From Acidimicrobiales bacterium (GTDB lineage: Bacteria; Actinomycetota; Acidimicrobiia; Acidimicrobiales; SZUA-35): 64,000 bases of DNA. Positions 29,808 to 38,047 of this stretch are shown here, piece by piece. The stretch's first letter is position 1. Each line of letters begins with the position of its first letter. The stretch covers positions 68,782-132,781 of the forward strand of contig CBDCGP010000056.1 of assembly GCA_965216655.1 (NCBI GenBank). The letters are read 5' to 3'. A model generated the notes under the pieces. The model had not been told where the DNA came from, ran no database searches, and saw nothing but the letters and a program-made list of their open reading frames with translations. Position numbers and translations under genes: made by a program.

Positions 29808-30474
29808 CCGTGATGATCAGGTCCGGGTTGGACGAGTCGGTTTCGATCTTGGATCGTAGGCGCTTGATGTGTACGTCGAGCGTCTTCGTGTCGCCCACGT
29901 AGTCGAAGCCCCAGACCCGGTCGATCAATTCATCGCGACGAACGACGTAGCCGGCATTGGCCATGAGATGGCTCAGCAGCTGGAACTCCTTGAGCGGCAT
30001 GGGCACCTGGGTGCCTCGAACCCACACCTCGTGACGAAGCGGATCCAGCCGCACAGGACCGGCGGTGATGCCCTCGTCGGGTTGAGAGGGAGGCGCCGTC
30101 GGAGTCGAGCGACCTCGCCGCAGTGCCGAACGCATGCGAGCCACCAGCTCGCGAATACGGTAGGGCTTGGTGATGTAGTCGTCGGCCCCCACCTCGAGGG
30201 CGACGACGGTATCGACCTCCTCCGATCGAGCCGACACCATGATGATCGGCGTGTCGGAGACCGAGCGGATGCTGCGGCAGACGTCGATCCCGCTCATGGC
30301 CGGCAGCATCACGTCTAGCAGGACGATGTCGAAAGACTTGCTGGAGAACAACTCGAGGGCGTCCTCCCCATCGGCGGCCGTCGTCACCTCAAACCCCTCG
30401 GTGGCCAGGGCCTGACGAAGCGCAAGCAGGAACGACGGTTCGTCGTCCACCACCAGAACCGAGATCCGACTCAC
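29773..30474 (-). CDS. OmpR/PhoB-family response regulator
   Basis: Receiver domain VLVVDDE...DIVLLDVMLP, plus a winged-helix output (LKEFQLLSHLM...VWGFDYVGDTKTLDVHIKRLRSKIE...ITVRGVGYKF). GTG start overlaps the kinase stop (GTGA at 30471-30474). Confidence 0.9.
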   Translation of the reverse strand: MSRISVLVVDDEPSFLLALRQALATEGFEVTTAADGEDALELFSSKSFDIVLLDVMLPAMSGIDVCRSIRSVSDTPIIMVSARSEEVDTVVALEVGADDYITKPYRIRELVARMRSALRRGRSTPTAPPSQPDEGITAGPVRLDPLRHEVWVRGTQVPMPLKEFQLLSHLMANAGYVVRRDELIDRVWGFDYVGDTKTLDVHIKRLRSKIETDSSNPDLIITVRGVGYKFEDS

Positions 30475-31985
30475 GATTCGCCGACCCCGTCGACGTCGGC
30501 CGGTTCGTCGTCGGTCTCGATTGGCAGCTGTACGACAAATGTCGATCCCTCGCCGAGCTTCGAGTCGACGATGACGTGGCCCCCATGGTTCTCGGCGACA
30601 TGACGGACAATGGAGAGCCCGAGACCCGTGCCGCCGGTCTTGCGGCTGCGGGCCGGGTCGACCCGGTAGAACCGTTCGAAGATACGCTCCAGTTCGGGAC
30701 GGGCGATCCCAACGCCGGAATCGGCAACAGCGAGGTCGACAGTCGGGCCCATCGGGCTCACCGTCAACCTGATCTCCGAGTTCTTCGGGCTATACCTGAT
30801 TGCGTTGTCCAGGAGGTTCACCAGAGCCCGAACCAGCTGGCGCTGCTCGCCCCGCACCGTGACGTCGCTCGGGATTCCGGCGATCGTGACGGTGAGGCCG
30901 GAGGCGTGGGCCAGCCCCGACACGATGTCCATAGCCTGCCGCGCCACGTCGTCCACGGCGACGCTGCTGTACTCTTCGCGGTCGGCGCTTGGTGGCTCCT
31001 CCAAGCGGGCCAGTTCCAGAAGGTCGTCGATAATGGCATCGATCCGGCCGACCTCGCGACCTATCTGGCCGACGATCTCGGCTCCGGTGTTGTCGTCGGA
31101 TTCGGCGTCGTCACCGGTCGTAACGGTGCCGACCAGCGCCTCGGCCAACAGGGCGATAGCGGCCACAGGAGTCTTGAGTTCGTGGCTCACGTTGGCCACG
31201 AAATCGCGCCGGGTGACGTCGATCCGACGTTCCTCGGCCAGCCGGTCGATCACGGCCAGACCTCGAGCCGGCCTGGCCACCGCATCGTCGCCGGCCTCCT
31301 GCCGAGCCCGTTCGGCTGCGACCTGTTCCGGGGTCCAACCGTCGACAATGTACCGGATACGTTCGCCCATGTTCTCGGCGTGATCGCCGATGCGTTCGTA
31401 GAACCGTCCGATCAGTGCCAGCTGCAGTGTCTGGTGGGGGTGGAGAACCACCTGTTGAGACTTGGTGATGACGGTGGTGATGTAGGTCTTGTGGAGTTCA
31501 TCGAGGACATCGTCGAGCTGGTCGATCGCGGCCGCCTTCGCTCCGTCGAGCTCACGGTAGGCCTCCGCCGCCTTGCGGAACAGGAACGCGGCCTGGGCCG
31601 CCATCTGCAGGATGAGTGCTCGGATGTCGTCATCGGTCTTGGTCCCTTGAAGGCGCCCGACGGCTTTGGCGATGTTCGTCGTGAGATCGCCTGATCGCTC
31701 GATATCGCTGTTCATGTGCAGGGCGGCGACGATCGCTCGCAGGTCGCTCGCCACCGGCTGCTCGCGGAGCAGGATCTCGATACAGAGCTGTTCGGCGTTT
31801 CTCGACATCAGGTCGAGTTCGTCGTCCTCGGCGATCAGGGTGTCGGCGCGCCCCACATCACGTTCCAGTAACGCGGCGGTGACCTCATCGATACGATCGG
31901 ACACGATCTCAGACATCTCCAGCAGGATGCCTCGGACCTTGCTCAGGCGTTCATCGAGTTCGGATCGGACGTGGGTGTGGGCCAT
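30471..31985 (-). CDS. Cytoplasmic sensor histidine kinase with an N-terminal PhoU domain (PhoU-HisKA-HATPase_c)
   Basis: Start at ATG 31985, with AGGAGC 8 nt upstream. N-terminal ~215 aa carry two PhoU repeats (NSDIERSGD; GRFYERIGDHAENM). H-box FVANVSHELKTP, N-box NLLDNAIRYS, G1 DSGVGI, G2 GGTGLGLSIV. No hydrophobic helix is seen in the trimmed protein. Confidence 0.8.
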   Translation of the reverse strand: MAHTHVRSELDERLSKVRGILLEMSEIVSDRIDEVTAALLERDVGRADTLIAEDDELDLMSRNAEQLCIEILLREQPVASDLRAIVAALHMNSDIERSGDLTTNIAKAVGRLQGTKTDDDIRALILQMAAQAAFLFRKAAEAYRELDGAKAAAIDQLDDVLDELHKTYITTVITKSQQVVLHPHQTLQLALIGRFYERIGDHAENMGERIRYIVDGWTPEQVAAERARQEAGDDAVARPARGLAVIDRLAEERRIDVTRRDFVANVSHELKTPVAAIALLAEALVGTVTTGDDAESDDNTGAEIVGQIGREVGRIDAIIDDLLELARLEEPPSADREEYSSVAVDDVARQAMDIVSGLAHASGLTVTIAGIPSDVTVRGEQRQLVRALVNLLDNAIRYSPKNSEIRLTVSPMGPTVDLAVADSGVGIARPELERIFERFYRVDPARSRKTGGTGLGLSIVRHVAENHGGHVIVDSKLGEGSTFVVQLPIETDDEPADVDGVGES

Positions 31986-32046
31986 AGTTGGGTTGCTCCT
32001 ACCGCTAGACCGTATGGCGCAAGCCAAAAATGTGCCTGCCACCAAG

Positions 32047-32063
32047 ATTAACGGTAGGTGAAC
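32047..32063 (-). promoter_or_regulatory. PHO-box-like pair of direct repeats upstream of the kinase gene
   Basis: The minus strand reads GTTCACctaccGTTAAT, two hexamers 11 nt apart, about 60-80 nt upstream of ATG 31985. Confidence 0.35.
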
Positions 32064-32142
32064 ACTTCGCCCGTGTCCGACCTCGACGACGCAGTCCCGC
32101 GTCCCATCGTTGCCGCTTGTCGACCCGAGGTGTTCCCCGAAC

Positions 32143-33969
32143 CTAGCTCCCGACGATGCCGCCGTCCTTCCGTCGCAGGACGAACGTGCAATCCCGGGGC
32201 ACGGTGACACCGTCGGGAACGGCGTTCATCACGGGGAAGTTGGTGAGCGTCGGATCGCCGTTACCCGGGTGCTGGGTGTTGGCGAACAGCACCCGCCGGT
32301 CCGGGGTGACGGTGAGCCCGGTGATCTCGTCCGAGGTGACGCCGGTCAGCAGGCGGCGCAGGTCGCCCGAGGCCGGATCGGCGACCAGCATCTGGTTGTT
32401 GAGGTCATCCTTCTGTCCGCCGTCGGTCTGGATGAAGATGCGACCGTCGGGATCGGCCCAGAGGCCATCGGGATCCGAGAACGTGTCCTCGGTGCCGTGG
32501 GTGTCGCCGGCGATGATGAAGATGTCCCATTCGAAACCGGTTCCGACGTGGCGGTCGGTGTCGACCCACCGGATGATGTGCCCGTCGGGGTTCGGCGCCA
32601 GCGGGTTGGCGGCGTCGGCTTCGGTCCGACGCGAGTTGTTGGTCAACGTGCAGTACACGGTGCCGTCAGGAGCGACGGTGGTCCACTCCGGTCGATCCAT
32701 AGGCGTGGCCCCGAGGATGTCGGCGGCGAGCCGGGCGTAGGTCAGCACCTCGGCCTGATCGGCGAAGCGAGCGGCCAGCGCCGGGTTGTCGATGGTCAGC
32801 TCGAGCCATTGTCCGGTACCGTCGTCGTCGAATCGGGCCACGTACAGGCGGCCCTCGTCGAGCGGGCTCTTGCCCCGGGCCAGCATCGACCTGTAGTTGG
32901 AATCGGAAACGAACTTGTAGATGTAGTCGAACCGTTGGTCGTCGCCCATGTAGGCAACGATGCGGCCACCACGGCCCACGGCGAAGGCCACGCCTTCGTG
33001 CTTGAACCTACCCATGGCCGTTCGCTTCACGGGTGTTGCCTGCGGCATCATGGGATCGATCTCGACACACCAGCCGAAACGGTTGTGCTCGCCGGCATAG
33101 TCGGCGTTCGACAGATCGAAACGGGGATCAAAGTTCTCCCAGCCGTAGCCGAATCCGCTGTCGGTGAAGCCGTAGCGCTCCTGATCCTCGGTCGGTGTCC
33201 ATTCGCCGGTCGAACCGAAGTAGCCGTTGAAGTTCTCCTCGCAGGTCACGTAGGTGCCCCACGGGGTGTACCCGCTCGAGCAGTTGTTGACGGTGCCGAA
33301 CGACGGTCGGGCCGGATCCCCGAGGAGGGGATGCCCGGCGGCCGGTCCCGAGAAGGTGACCGGCGTGTTGACGTGGATGCGACGGTTGAGTCGGTCCCGG
33401 ATCACCTGCCATCGGCCGTTGCGTTCGGCCACCTCGACGACCGAGACACCATGGGCGGCCTGGGACAGTCGGACGTCCTCCAGCGACTCGGGGGCGTCCT
33501 TGCCGTACACGTGGGTGTTGCGTCCGAACTCGTGGTTGATGCAGATCACGCCGTGGTCACGGCCGAGCGGGTAGTACCACATGCCGTCGTGCCCGATGCC
33601 GATCTGCTTCTCCTGATCGACGGCGGACTTCGAGCCGTTCACGTGCTCCGGGTAGGGGGCGAGGATCGGCTCACCCCACGGGATGAGAACCTGGTATTCG
33701 TAGTCCGACGAGATGGCCGGAAGCGGGCCGGTTCCGGCGGCGACCGGGACGGGAGTGAAACCGACGAGCGGGTTCCGCTTGTTCCTTCCCCGGGAACGTT
33801 CTGCCCGGTACTGTCCGGTCAACGCGCCGGCTGATCCGGCGGAGAAGAAGACGGTGGCACCGGTGGCCAGACTTCCGCCGAGAACCTTCCGGCGGGAGAT
33901 CCTGGCGTTCAGCACCTTCTCGAACGGTCGATTGGGAGATGGGTTCGTCGCTTGTTCGTCGACTGGCAT
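32143..33969 (-). CDS. phoX: PhoX-family (DUF839) alkaline phosphatase with a Tat signal
   Basis: Tat motif ISRRKVLGGSLATGATVFF; beta-propeller-type body with NRFGWCVEIDP and GDDQRFDYIYKFVS. AGGAGG RBS lies upstream. Confidence 0.85.
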   Translation of the reverse strand: MPVDEQATNPSPNRPFEKVLNARISRRKVLGGSLATGATVFFSAGSAGALTGQYRAERSRGRNKRNPLVGFTPVPVAAGTGPLPAISSDYEYQVLIPWGEPILAPYPEHVNGSKSAVDQEKQIGIGHDGMWYYPLGRDHGVICINHEFGRNTHVYGKDAPESLEDVRLSQAAHGVSVVEVAERNGRWQVIRDRLNRRIHVNTPVTFSGPAAGHPLLGDPARPSFGTVNNCSSGYTPWGTYVTCEENFNGYFGSTGEWTPTEDQERYGFTDSGFGYGWENFDPRFDLSNADYAGEHNRFGWCVEIDPMMPQATPVKRTAMGRFKHEGVAFAVGRGGRIVAYMGDDQRFDYIYKFVSDSNYRSMLARGKSPLDEGRLYVARFDDDGTGQWLELTIDNPALAARFADQAEVLTYARLAADILGATPMDRPEWTTVAPDGTVYCTLTNNSRRTEADAANPLAPNPDGHIIRWVDTDRHVGTGFEWDIFIIAGDTHGTEDTFSDPDGLWADPDGRIFIQTDGGQKDDLNNQMLVADPASGDLRRLLTGVTSDEITGLTVTPDRRVLFANTQHPGNGDPTLTNFPVMNAVPDGVTVPRDCTFVLRRKDGGIVGS

Positions 33970-34094
33970 GTAGTCCTCCTGGGTTCACGTAGCGTCACGA
34001 GTGGACGGTAAACAAGCCGGTTGTCCGCTCGGTTTCACCCAGGTGGACGGGTCGTTGCCATTGCCTGAAACCTCTGTCGGCGGACGGCGAAAAC

Positions 34095-34133
34095 GTTCAC
34101 CTGTCGTTCATCTTGGTTCTCACTGCGGGTCAC
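34095..34133 (+). promoter_or_regulatory. PHO-box-like array of four phased direct repeats in the phoX/pstS divergent region
   Basis: GTTCAC (34095), GTTCAT (34106), GTTCTC (34116) and GGTCAC (34128) have 10-12 nt spacing and lie ~95-135 nt upstream of the pstS ATG. Confidence 0.5.
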
Positions 34134-34228
34134 CGGCGACTCGTATCGTCGGAGTTGTCCAGCTGGGAGAGGTCCGGCGGGCCGTGTCCCAGGGAGGGAC
34201 GCGAAGCACAACCAACGGAGATCAACGC

Positions 34229-35356
34229 ATGAAGCAACTGATCAAACTGATCGCTCTGGGCATTGTCTTTGCCCTGATCGCGGCGTCTTGTGGTGACGAC
34301 TCGGATACCGAGGCCGGTCCCGAGACCACAGCGCCGCCCGCTGCCGAGGAGACCGAGGAGCCGGCAGAGGCCGAAGAAGATGAGGCCGAGGATGAAGCCA
34401 TGGAGGACGAGGAAGATGCCATGGAGGAAGACTCCGAGATGACCGACATGGGTCTTCCGGTCGTCGACCCACTTTCGGTCGACGCTGGTGATGTCGCCAT
34501 CGCCGGTTCGTCCACCGTGTTCCCGCTCTCGACCGCCGTGCTGTCACAGTGGATCGACGAGGGCGGCCCGGAGTACTCGATCGACTCAATCGGCTCCGGT
34601 GGTGGTTTCGAGCGGTTCTGCGTCGAAGGCGCTTCCGACATATCCAACGCCTCCCGTCCGATCAAGGACGAGGAATTCGCCGCCTGTACGGAGACCTGGG
34701 GCGACGAGCCCATCGAAATCCGCGTCGGTACCGACGCGCTCTCGGTGGTCATCTCCAACGGCAACTACTTCGCCTCCGAGCTGACCATCGAAGAGCTCAA
34801 CACCGCCTTCGCACTGGCCGACTCCGGCGCCACCTGGTCCGATGTGAATCCCGATTTCCCGGCTCACCCCATCGTGCTCTACAGCCCCGGCGAGGATTCC
34901 GGCACCTTCGACTACTTCAACGAGGTCGTGTTCGAGGAAGCCGAGCCGTCGCCGATCTCCTCGTCGATCGCCGAGATCGTCGGTGAGGACGACAACGTGA
35001 CCGTGCGTGGTGTGGCCGACGACGGCTGTACCGAAGGCGATCTCAGCACCAGCTGCGCCATCGGCTACTTCGGCTACGCCTTCTTCCAGCAGAACGCCGG
35101 CGAACTGGTCGCCGTGTCGGTCGACGGCGTCGAGCCCAACGCCGAAACGGTCGACGCCGCCGAGTACCCGCTGGCCCGTCCGCTCTACATGTACACCGCC
35201 CCCAGCATCGTGGCCGAGAAGCCGCAGGTGGCGCAGTTCATCGCCTACTACTTGAACAACGTCAACGACGTCATCGGTGAGGTCGGCTACTTCCCGGCGC
35301 CGGCCGACGCGTTGCAGGGCGCAGCCGACAACATCAGCGCCGCCGCCGGATTCTGA
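34229..35356 (+). CDS. pstS: Phosphate ABC transporter substrate-binding lipoprotein
   Basis: Start trimmed to ATG 34229. Signal peptide MKQLIKLIALGIVFALIAASCG with a lipobox. PBP body with IAGSSTVFPL, IGSGGGFERF and PLARPLYMY. Confidence 0.9.
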   Translation: MKQLIKLIALGIVFALIAASCGDDSDTEAGPETTAPPAAEETEEPAEAEEDEAEDEAMEDEEDAMEEDSEMTDMGLPVVDPLSVDAGDVAIAGSSTVFPLSTAVLSQWIDEGGPEYSIDSIGSGGGFERFCVEGASDISNASRPIKDEEFAACTETWGDEPIEIRVGTDALSVVISNGNYFASELTIEELNTAFALADSGATWSDVNPDFPAHPIVLYSPGEDSGTFDYFNEVVFEEAEPSPISSSIAEIVGEDDNVTVRGVADDGCTEGDLSTSCAIGYFGYAFFQQNAGELVAVSVDGVEPNAETVDAAEYPLARPLYMYTAPSIVAEKPQVAQFIAYYLNNVNDVIGEVGYFPAPADALQGAADNISAAAGF

Positions 35357-35391
35357 TCCGGCGTTAGACACCGTTGAACCGTTTGGGTACC

Positions 35392-35424
35392 GTGGCCCGG
35401 CCTCAGATTGTGCGGCCGGGCCAC
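35392..35424 (+). terminator. Strong intra-operon hairpin between pstS and pstC
   Basis: GTGGCCCGGCC (35392-35402) and GGCCGGGCCAC (35414-35424) form a perfect 11-bp stem with an 11-nt loop. No U-tract follows. Confidence 0.5.
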
Positions 35425-35488
35425 AGCCCCGAAACAACACAGTGACAGGAACAGGCGACCCGGCAACGTACGAGGTGGACACCGAACA

Positions 35489-36466
35489 ATGACGACTTCC
35501 ATGCCCGACGCGCAGGCTGAGCGTGCCGCCATCGCGGCCTCGTTGACGAAGAAGTCCCGTCCGGGTGAATCGGTCATCCGGGCCCTACTCTTCGTTTGCG
35601 GGGCCATATCGGTCGCCACCACGCTCGGTATTCTCTACGAACTGGGCAAGGAAGCCCTACTCTTTTTCCGCGACGACCGGGTGTCGATCGCCGAGTTTCT
35701 GACCGGCACCACCTGGCAACCTCAAGCGGGATCGTTCGGCATCTGGGCCCTCATCCTCTCGACGCTCTACATCGCCCTCATCGCCATGCTGGTGGCCGTG
35801 CCCATGGGATTGGCGTCGGCCATCTACCTCTCGGAATACGCATCCGAACGGGCGCGGTCCATACTGAAACCGCTCCTGGAGGTTCTGGTCGGCATCCCCA
35901 CCGTCGTCTACGGGTTCTTCGCCCTGACGTTCATGACCCCGGTGCTTCGCTCGCTGTTCGGTTCCACCGTCGGCTTCTTCAATATCGCGTCGGCCGGAAT
36001 AGTGGTCGGCATCCTCATCGTCCCGCTGGTCAGTTCACTGTCCGAAGACGCCCTCCACGCGGTTCCCGACGCGCTGCGCCAGGCGGCCTACGGGATGGGA
36101 GCCACGAAACTGGAGGTCTCGCTCCGGATCGTTGTTCCCGGCGCACTGTCGGGCATAGCGGCGGCCGTCGTCGTGGCGTTGTCGAGGGCGGTCGGCGAGA
36201 CGATGGTGGTCGCCCTGGCCGCCGGTGCGTCTCCCCGCAACTTCACACTGGGCGAGGACTCCGTGTTCGGCTACATCCTCAACCCGTTCATCGGCGGTGA
36301 GGCCATGACCGGTCACATCGTCCGCATTTCGAGCGGCGACCTCAGCTACAACACCATCGACTACAACTCGATCTTCTCCATCGGCCTGACGTTGTTCTTC
36401 ATGACGCTGATCCTCAACATCATCAGCCGCCGCCTGGTGAGACGCTTCCGGGAGGAGTACGAGTAA
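35489..36466 (+). CDS. pstC: Phosphate ABC transporter permease
   Basis: Start trimmed to ATG 35489, with GAGGTGG upstream. Polytopic, with the EAA-type loop LSEDALHAVPDALRQAAYGMGATKLE. Confidence 0.9.
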   Translation: MTTSMPDAQAERAAIAASLTKKSRPGESVIRALLFVCGAISVATTLGILYELGKEALLFFRDDRVSIAEFLTGTTWQPQAGSFGIWALILSTLYIALIAMLVAVPMGLASAIYLSEYASERARSILKPLLEVLVGIPTVVYGFFALTFMTPVLRSLFGSTVGFFNIASAGIVVGILIVPLVSSLSEDALHAVPDALRQAAYGMGATKLEVSLRIVVPGALSGIAAAVVVALSRAVGETMVVALAAGASPRNFTLGEDSVFGYILNPFIGGEAMTGHIVRISSGDLSYNTIDYNSIFSIGLTLFFMTLILNIISRRLVRRFREEYE

Positions 36467-36567
36467 TGGCTGCCGTCGTGTCGGAGACCCGACTAACCGA
36501 GTTTCGCCTGACGGCGAAACGTCGTCCGCTCGAATCTTCCGTATGGGATCAGAAGGTGGTCGGGTAA
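36466..36567 (+). CDS. Mini-ORF 1 (33 codons), TAATG-coupled to pstC; possibly a relic rather than a gene
   Basis: Hand translation gives MAAVVSETRLTEFRLTAKRRPLESSVWDQKVVG. Its first ~40 nt are a near copy of mini-ORF 2 and resemble the pstA start. Confidence 0.25.
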   Translation: MAAVVSETRLTEFRLTAKRRPLESSVWDQKVVG

Positions 36568-36614
36568 TGGCTGCCGTCGTGCCGGAGATCCGACAAATCG
36601 AGGTGGACGAATAA
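36567..36614 (+). CDS. Mini-ORF 2 (15 codons), TAATG-coupled on both sides
   Basis: Hand translation gives MAAVVPEIRQIEVDE. Its stop overlaps the pstA ATG (TAATG at 36612-36616). Confidence 0.25.
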   Translation: MAAVVPEIRQIEVDE

Positions 36615-38044
36615 TGGCTGTTGACGCGCCGGAGCGGTCCACCGAGCTGCCCGGGCCGGGCGGCCAGGATTGGTTCCCCGACGAAGCCGAATTCGACCGG
36701 CTCCTCAACCGCCGGACCCGGAAGGCGCAGATGAGCCAGCTCGCCTTCCTCTCGGCGCTCGTCGTCGCCGTGCTGGCCCTTGCGACCCTGCTCTACACCA
36801 TCATCAACGACGCCTTCGGCCTGGTTGCCATCGTCAACGAGAACAACCCCGAAGAGGTCGTGGCCGAAGCGGGCTATGATCCTGCGACCGTCGATCTCGA
36901 GGATCTGACCCGGGACCAACTCGTGACGCTGCTCGAGGGCGCGGTGTCCCGCAATGTGGGGCGGCGCCTCGAACGGGAGCAGCGTTTCTACGACGACCGC
37001 TATGTGTTCGAGGATCCGGCCGTCTACGAGGAGCTGTGCGCCTCGGACGACCCGGTCGACGGATGCGGTCTCGGGGCCCGCGACAAGGCGAACGTCTTCG
37101 CCCTCGTCCAAGAGCGGGTTGTCGTCCCGGATGTGATCGCAGCCGAGGAGTTGGTGCCGTCGCTGCTGGCCCCCGACGCCTTCGAGGAGGACGTCCTCCA
37201 GGCCTTCGTCGACTCACCGGAACGATTCCCCGACTACACGGCCGACCAGGTCCGGTTCGAGTGGCGTTCGTGGGTGTCGACCGCGTTCCTCCGTACGCCG
37301 GCCAGTGCCACACCGGAGGTTGCCGGTATCCGCACGGCCGCGCTGGGAACACTGTGGATCGCTGTCATCACGATCCTGTTCGCCGTGCCGGTCGGTGTGG
37401 GCGCCGCCGTGTATCTGGTCGAGTTCGCAAAGCCCTCCCGCTTCAACGATTTCATCCAGACCAACATCAACAATCTGGCCGGCGTGCCGTCGGTCATCTA
37501 CGGCATGCTCGGCCTGGCCGTGCTGGTGAGAACGTTCGAGCCGGTGACGTCCGGTGATGTGTTCACCTCGGGTCCGCCGCCGTCCGAGAACGGCCGAACC
37601 GTTCTGGCGGCCGGCATCACGCTGGGGTTGCTCGTGCTGCCGATCATCATCATTTCCGCCCAGGAGGCGTTGAAGGCCGTCCCCAATTCGCTTCGGCAGG
37701 CCGGAATGGGTCTCGGGGCCACGAAATGGCAGACGGTCCGCAGCCAGGTTTTGCCGGTCGCGCTTCCCGGCATCCTCACCGGTGTGATCCTGTCCGTGGC
37801 CCGGGCCATCGGTGAGACGGCTCCCCTGATCGTCGTCGGCGCCGCAAGTTTCATCACCGCCGACCCGTCGGGCCCGTTCTCGAAGTACACGGCCATGCCG
37901 ATTCAGATCTTCCAGTGGACCAGCCTGCCCCAGGCCGAATGGCGTCACCTTGCGGCCGCCGCCATCATCGTCCTGTTGGTGATCCTGCTCGTCCTGAACG
38001 CAACGGCCGTCATCTTGAGAAACCGCTATTCGAGAAGAGTATGA
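36614..38044 (+). CDS. pstA: Phosphate ABC transporter permease, long form with an N-terminal extension
   Basis: 476 aa. One N-terminal TM helix and a ~170-aa extracytoplasmic insert, then a PstA core with SAQEALKAVPNSLRQAGMGLGATKWQ. Confidence 0.9.
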   Translation: MAVDAPERSTELPGPGGQDWFPDEAEFDRLLNRRTRKAQMSQLAFLSALVVAVLALATLLYTIINDAFGLVAIVNENNPEEVVAEAGYDPATVDLEDLTRDQLVTLLEGAVSRNVGRRLEREQRFYDDRYVFEDPAVYEELCASDDPVDGCGLGARDKANVFALVQERVVVPDVIAAEELVPSLLAPDAFEEDVLQAFVDSPERFPDYTADQVRFEWRSWVSTAFLRTPASATPEVAGIRTAALGTLWIAVITILFAVPVGVGAAVYLVEFAKPSRFNDFIQTNINNLAGVPSVIYGMLGLAVLVRTFEPVTSGDVFTSGPPPSENGRTVLAAGITLGLLVLPIIIISAQEALKAVPNSLRQAGMGLGATKWQTVRSQVLPVALPGILTGVILSVARAIGETAPLIVVGAASFITADPSGPFSKYTAMPIQIFQWTSLPQAEWRHLAAAAIIVLLVILLVLNATAVILRNRYSRRV

Positions 38045-38047
38045 GAG

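Noticed and set aside
33983-33998. GTTCACgtagcGTCAC next to the phoX start as a PHO box.
   Set aside because: It lies only 14-29 nt from the ATG, just upstream of the AGGAGG RBS (33971-33980), and the spacing is 10 nt with a truncated second unit. The 34095-34133 array is the better candidate.
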